NCBI GenBank assembly: GCA_045560315.1
Contig: JBJKZN010000029.1
Coordinates: 1-60,237 of the forward strand
Direction: 5' to 3'
Length of the DNA: 60,237 nucleotides
DNA from: Fidelibacterota bacterium
GTDB taxonomy: Bacteria; Fidelibacterota; Marinisomatia; Marinisomatales; Marinisomataceae
Shown piece by piece: positions 57,264 to 60,237 of this stretch (position 1 is its first letter; every line of letters starts with the position of its first letter). The position numbers and the translations under genes were made by a program. Below the pieces are notes generated by a model. It worked only from the letters and a program-made list of their open reading frames with translations. It was not told the origin of the DNA and did not search any database.

Positions 57264-58132
57264 ATGATTAAGAATATTATCCTTTTATTTTTTTTTTTTT
57301 CAGTTGTACAGATAAGAATAAACAGAATGCTTTCACTTATGAAGTAGATATCAATAAAACAGAAATTGGTTACCCAGTTAACCTTGATATTTCCTTAAAT
57401 AATCTTGATGAATATTATTCAATTGAAGAAATGGTATGGTCTGACTCTTCTTTATGGATCTCTGATTCGTCAAGAGTTCTAATAAAAAATTCTAACATAG
57501 ATACTTTAGACCATTCATTTTCCGCTAGTTTTGAGATCACATTTTGGGATACAGGAAGAATAGTTATACCTCCATATTCTTTGAGCATTAATTTTCCAGA
57601 CTCAACAGAACCTACAGTCTTTATTACAGAACCTATAAAAATAGAAATAGCATCTGTTATTGATAGTACTATGTTAAATATTGAGAAAGATAAGCCTATC
57701 AAAGAGATTGAATTTCCATATGAAAGTTACAGGATATTCTTAATATCAATTATACTATTTTTATTAGCTTCTATATTTCATTTATGGTTCAATAGAAGTC
57801 AAGGAAATCTTTTCAATCAGATTAAATTTTTTAATAAAGATCCAAGAAAAGATTCAGTTAAAAAATTAAATCAATTGAAATTTAAAAACATCTCTTCTGC
57901 TATATTCTATGATAAGTTGTCAATAATATTAAAGAGGTACTTAGAAAATCAATATTATGTTATTTCCTTTGAAATGACTTCTGAAGAGATAAAAACTTTC
58001 TTTAATGATGCTGATTTAATAGGAATACTTGATAAGATTGATTCTGTAAAATTTGCTAATAAAGAATACAGCAACTCTGAAAAAAAATATGATTTAGAAT
58101 TAACAAAAAAAATTGTAAGAAAACTGTTATAA
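57264..58132 (+). CDS. BatD/DUF4381-like lipoprotein gene, reading frame broken in a T13 run
   Basis: ATG 57264 gives MIKNIILLFFFF, then a stop at 57345-57347. A second frame is open from 57272 and reads ...FFFSCTDKNKQNAFTYEV..., which is a lipobox plus mature protein, and runs into the track ORF (57431..58132). One extra T, or two fewer, would fuse them into ~289 aa. The central TM helix and C-terminal ..ILKRYLENQY..MTSEE..DKIDSVKFA resemble DUF4381/BatD. Confidence 0.5.
57288..57300 (+). repeat. T13 homopolymer
   Basis: Counted directly: 13 consecutive T from 57288 to 57300. It is the longest homopolymer I noticed in the window. Confidence 0.95.
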
Positions 58133-58159
58133 AAAAATTAAATAAATTAAGTTCTTAGC

Positions 58160-58723
58160 ATGAGCACAACAGCAGACATAAGAAACGGATCTATACTGAA
58201 CTTCAAGAATAGAAGAATGAAAGTTGTAGAATTCCAACATGTTAAACCAGGAAAAGGTCCAGCGTTTGTTCGAACAAAATTAAAGGATATTCAATCAGGA
58301 AAGGTGATAGATCAAACTTTCAATGCAGGTGTAAAATTAGAATTTATTAGAGTTACCTCTAGTCAATTCCAATACTTATACAAAGATGCTAGTAATTATA
58401 TATTTATGGATAATCAAACATTTAACCAGATTGAGGTTTCTGATCTTTTAATGCAAGATGGCCATATGTATATCAAAGAAGGTGATAATATAGATTTAGT
58501 ATTTGATGGTGATGAAATTATCAATATTAATCTTCCTGCTAAGGTAACGCTTAAAGTAGTACAGACAGATCCAGGACATAGGGGGAATACAGCTACCAAT
58601 GCAACAAAGCCTGCTAAGATGGAGACTGGCCTAGAAGTCCAAGTTCCGTTATTTATTAATGAAGGAGATTTTTTAAAAATTGATACAAAATCTGGTGATT
58701 ACTCTGAGAGGGTAAAGCAATAA
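58160..58723 (+). CDS. efp: elongation factor P
   Basis: [15 protein letters not shown] loop with the conserved Lys, three OB/KOW-like domains, 187 aa. Confidence 0.95.
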   Translation: MSTTADIRNGSILNFKNRRMKVVEFQHVKPGKGPAFVRTKLKDIQSGKVIDQTFNAGVKLEFIRVTSSQFQYLYKDASNYIFMDNQTFNQIEVSDLLMQDGHMYIKEGDNIDLVFDGDEIININLPAKVTLKVVQTDPGHRGNTATNATKPAKMETGLEVQVPLFINEGDFLKIDTKSGDYSERVKQ

Positions 58724-58727
58724 TTTT

Positions 58728-59192
58728 ATGTGGAAAGACAAGTTAAAAGAAGTTATATATATACTAGAGAATAGTGATATAAATGAGATAGAAGTAAGAT
58801 TTTGGTTTAGAAAGATAAAAGTTACTAAAAATCCTCCAACTATTAATTCTGATATTAGTAATGTATCAGACTTAGCTTCATCAAGCTCCGATCAACCTAT
58901 TATATCTTCCGAAAAAAAGGAAGAATCTCATCCAAAAGTAGATACTAACACATTTACTGTATGTTCACCTATGCCTGGAACATTCTATTCAGCTCCAGAC
59001 CCAGATTCTAAGCCGTTTGCTGAAGTCAATGGTGCAATAAATCAAGGAGATACTATTTGTATCGTAGAAGCAATGAAGATTATGAATGAAATTCAATGTG
59101 AAAGCAGTGGTACTATTAAAGAAATTCTTGTTGAAAATGGTAGTCCAGTTGAATTTGATCAACCTTTGTTTATCTTAACTTATTCTGAATAA
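58728..59192 (+). CDS. accB: acetyl-CoA carboxylase biotin carboxyl carrier protein
   Basis: Biotinylation motif EAMKIMNEI near the C-terminus, and a Pro/Ser-rich linker. Confidence 0.9.
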   Translation: MWKDKLKEVIYILENSDINEIEVRFWFRKIKVTKNPPTINSDISNVSDLASSSSDQPIISSEKKEESHPKVDTNTFTVCSPMPGTFYSAPDPDSKPFAEVNGAINQGDTICIVEAMKIMNEIQCESSGTIKEILVENGSPVEFDQPLFILTYSE

Positions 59193-59195
59193 AGT

Positions 59196-60237
59196 ATGTT
59201 TAAAAAAATATTGATTGCAAATAGAGGTGAGATTGCCATAAGAATAATTCGCGCTTGTAAAGAGATGGGAATTAAAACTGTAGCAGTTTATTCTAAGGCA
59301 GATAAATTTTCTTTACATGTGAAATTTGCAGATGAAGCAATATGCATTGGTGAGGGGCCTCCATTAGAGAGTTATTTAAATATTCCTAGAATTATTGCTG
59401 CAGCTGAAATATCTAATACTGATGCTATTCATCCAGGATATGGATTTCTAGCAGAAAATGCCCAATTTAGTAGAATCTGTAAGGAAAATGGATTCTCTTT
59501 TATTGGACCAGATGCTGAAACTATTGCTTTGATGGGAGATAAGGTCAATGCAAGGAAAGCTGCCAAAGATTCAAAAGTACCTATCGTTCCTGGAAGTAAT
59601 GTTTTGACTTCTGCAGATGAGCTCATTGAGATTTCTAATGGAATTGGATACCCAGTTATGTTAAAAGCTTCTGGCGGAGGCGGTGGAAAGGGTATGAGAG
59701 TATTAAATGATGCTTCAGAAGCAGAAAAAGGTTTTAGCATTATACAATCTGAAGCAACTAAAGCATTTAATAACCCTGAAATATATGTTGAAAAATTTAT
59801 TAAGAATGGTCGTCATATTGAGGTTCAGATTTTAGGAGATAAATTTGGCAACTATGTTCATTTTGGTGAGCGTGAATGTTCAGTACAAAGAAATAATCAA
59901 AAATTAATAGAGGAATGTCCATCTAGTTTTGTTGATAAAGATTTAAGAGAGATCTTGACATCAAATTCTATTGATTTAGCTAAGAAAGTCAAATATGTTG
60001 GGGCGGGCACTGTCGAGTTTTTAGTTGATGAAGATAAAAACTTTTATTTTATTGAAATGAATACAAGAATTCAGGTAGAGCATACAGTGACAGAAATGGT
60101 ATATATGATAGATTTAGTTAAAGAACAGATTAAAATGCATTATGGAAAGAAGATGTCTTTTACACAAGAAATGATTAATAGCAAAGGTCATTCCATTGAA
60201 TGTCGACTAAATGCAGAGGATCCTTTTAATAATTTTG
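59196..60237 (+). CDS. accC: acetyl-CoA carboxylase biotin carboxylase (3' end outside window)
   Basis: MFKKILIANRGEIAIRIIRACKEMGI, GYPVMLKASGGGGGKGMRV and EMNTRIQVEH. It is open to the window edge, so it is absent from the ORF track. Confidence 0.93.
   Translation, partial: MFKKILIANRGEIAIRIIRACKEMGIKTVAVYSKADKFSLHVKFADEAICIGEGPPLESYLNIPRIIAAAEISNTDAIHPGYGFLAENAQFSRICKENGFSFIGPDAETIALMGDKVNARKAAKDSKVPIVPGSNVLTSADELIEISNGIGYPVMLKASGGGGGKGMRVLNDASEAEKGFSIIQSEATKAFNNPEIYVEKFIKNGRHIEVQILGDKFGNYVHFGERECSVQRNNQKLIEECPSSFVDKDLREILTSNSIDLAKKVKYVGAGTVEFLVDEDKNFYFIEMNTRIQVEHTVTEMVYMIDLVKEQIKMHYGKKMSFTQEMINSKGHSIECRLNAEDPFNNF

Noticed and set aside
57431-57433. ATG 57431 as the true start of the gene after DUF58, as in the ORF track
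   Set aside because: The same frame is open for 53 more codons upstream and contains a lipobox (FFSC). A signal-peptide start (ATG 57264) is separated from it only by the T13 run. An independent start at 57431 would leave a 170-nt gap, which is atypical for this window. It remains possible if the upstream part is decayed.
1-60237. Alternative genetic code (TGA recoding), as seen in some AT-rich reduced bacteria
   Set aside because: All conserved genes are full length under the standard bacterial code. TGG encodes the conserved Trp residues (for example in the CcmF WWD motif). TGA terminates genes (scpA, lysS, ccmA) and serves as the RF2 autoregulatory stop.
1-60237. tRNA, rRNA, tmRNA/SRP/RNase P RNA, riboswitches, CRISPR arrays, IS elements, integrases, toxin-antitoxin or defence islands
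   Set aside because: The few non-coding gaps are at most 116 nt and show no tRNA-like GC-rich stems, repeat-spacer periodicity or terminal inverted repeats. No transposase or integrase-like ORF is present. The only nuclease-like element is the truncated HNH fragment at the 5' edge.

Overview
This window is visibly AT-rich and extremely gene-dense. About 66 genes are packed with many 1-23 nt start/stop overlaps, and all but two lie on the + strand. The content is core housekeeping of a streamlined diderm bacterium.

Main gene groups:
- **Translation:** trpS, serS, lysS, rpsA, prfB, efp, tsaD, tilS.
- **Chromosome and envelope:** scpAB, an mltD-like gene, plsC, a lolCDE-like set, ftsH.
- **Cofactors and lipids:** ispH, pdxST, dxs, folP, accBC.
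- **Na+-cycle block:** nqrABCDEF-apbE, plus nqrM and nhaD.
- **Cytochrome c maturation:** a System I cluster, ccmE-F-A-B-C.
- **Others:** dnaK and a MoxR-DUF58 module.

Lineage is a guess only. A bS22-like mini ribosomal protein, F-x-S-C lipoboxes and the MoxR/DUF58/BatD-like module hint at an FCB-group or Marinimicrobia-like organism. I found no rRNA, tRNA, CRISPR array, IS element or prophage.

No obvious accessory island or defence system is visible, so the findings are fine-scale:
1. CcmE carries the rare CxxxY haem-binding motif.
2. Four short ORFs fall below the ORF-track length cut-off: a bS22-like protein, an antisense NqrM-like protein, and two CcmD-like peptides bracketing ccmABC.
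3. A T13 homopolymer breaks the signal peptide of a lipoprotein gene.
4. A PNPOx-like domain is fused to a MenA/UbiA prenyltransferase.
5. An archaeal-type GAPDH homologue is present.
6. prfB has the classic +1 frameshift, which shows the track start is wrong.
7. The dnaK leader has a sigma-54-like -24/-12 element and GGCATA boxes instead of CIRCE.

All family assignments rest on motifs recognised by eye. No database search was run.
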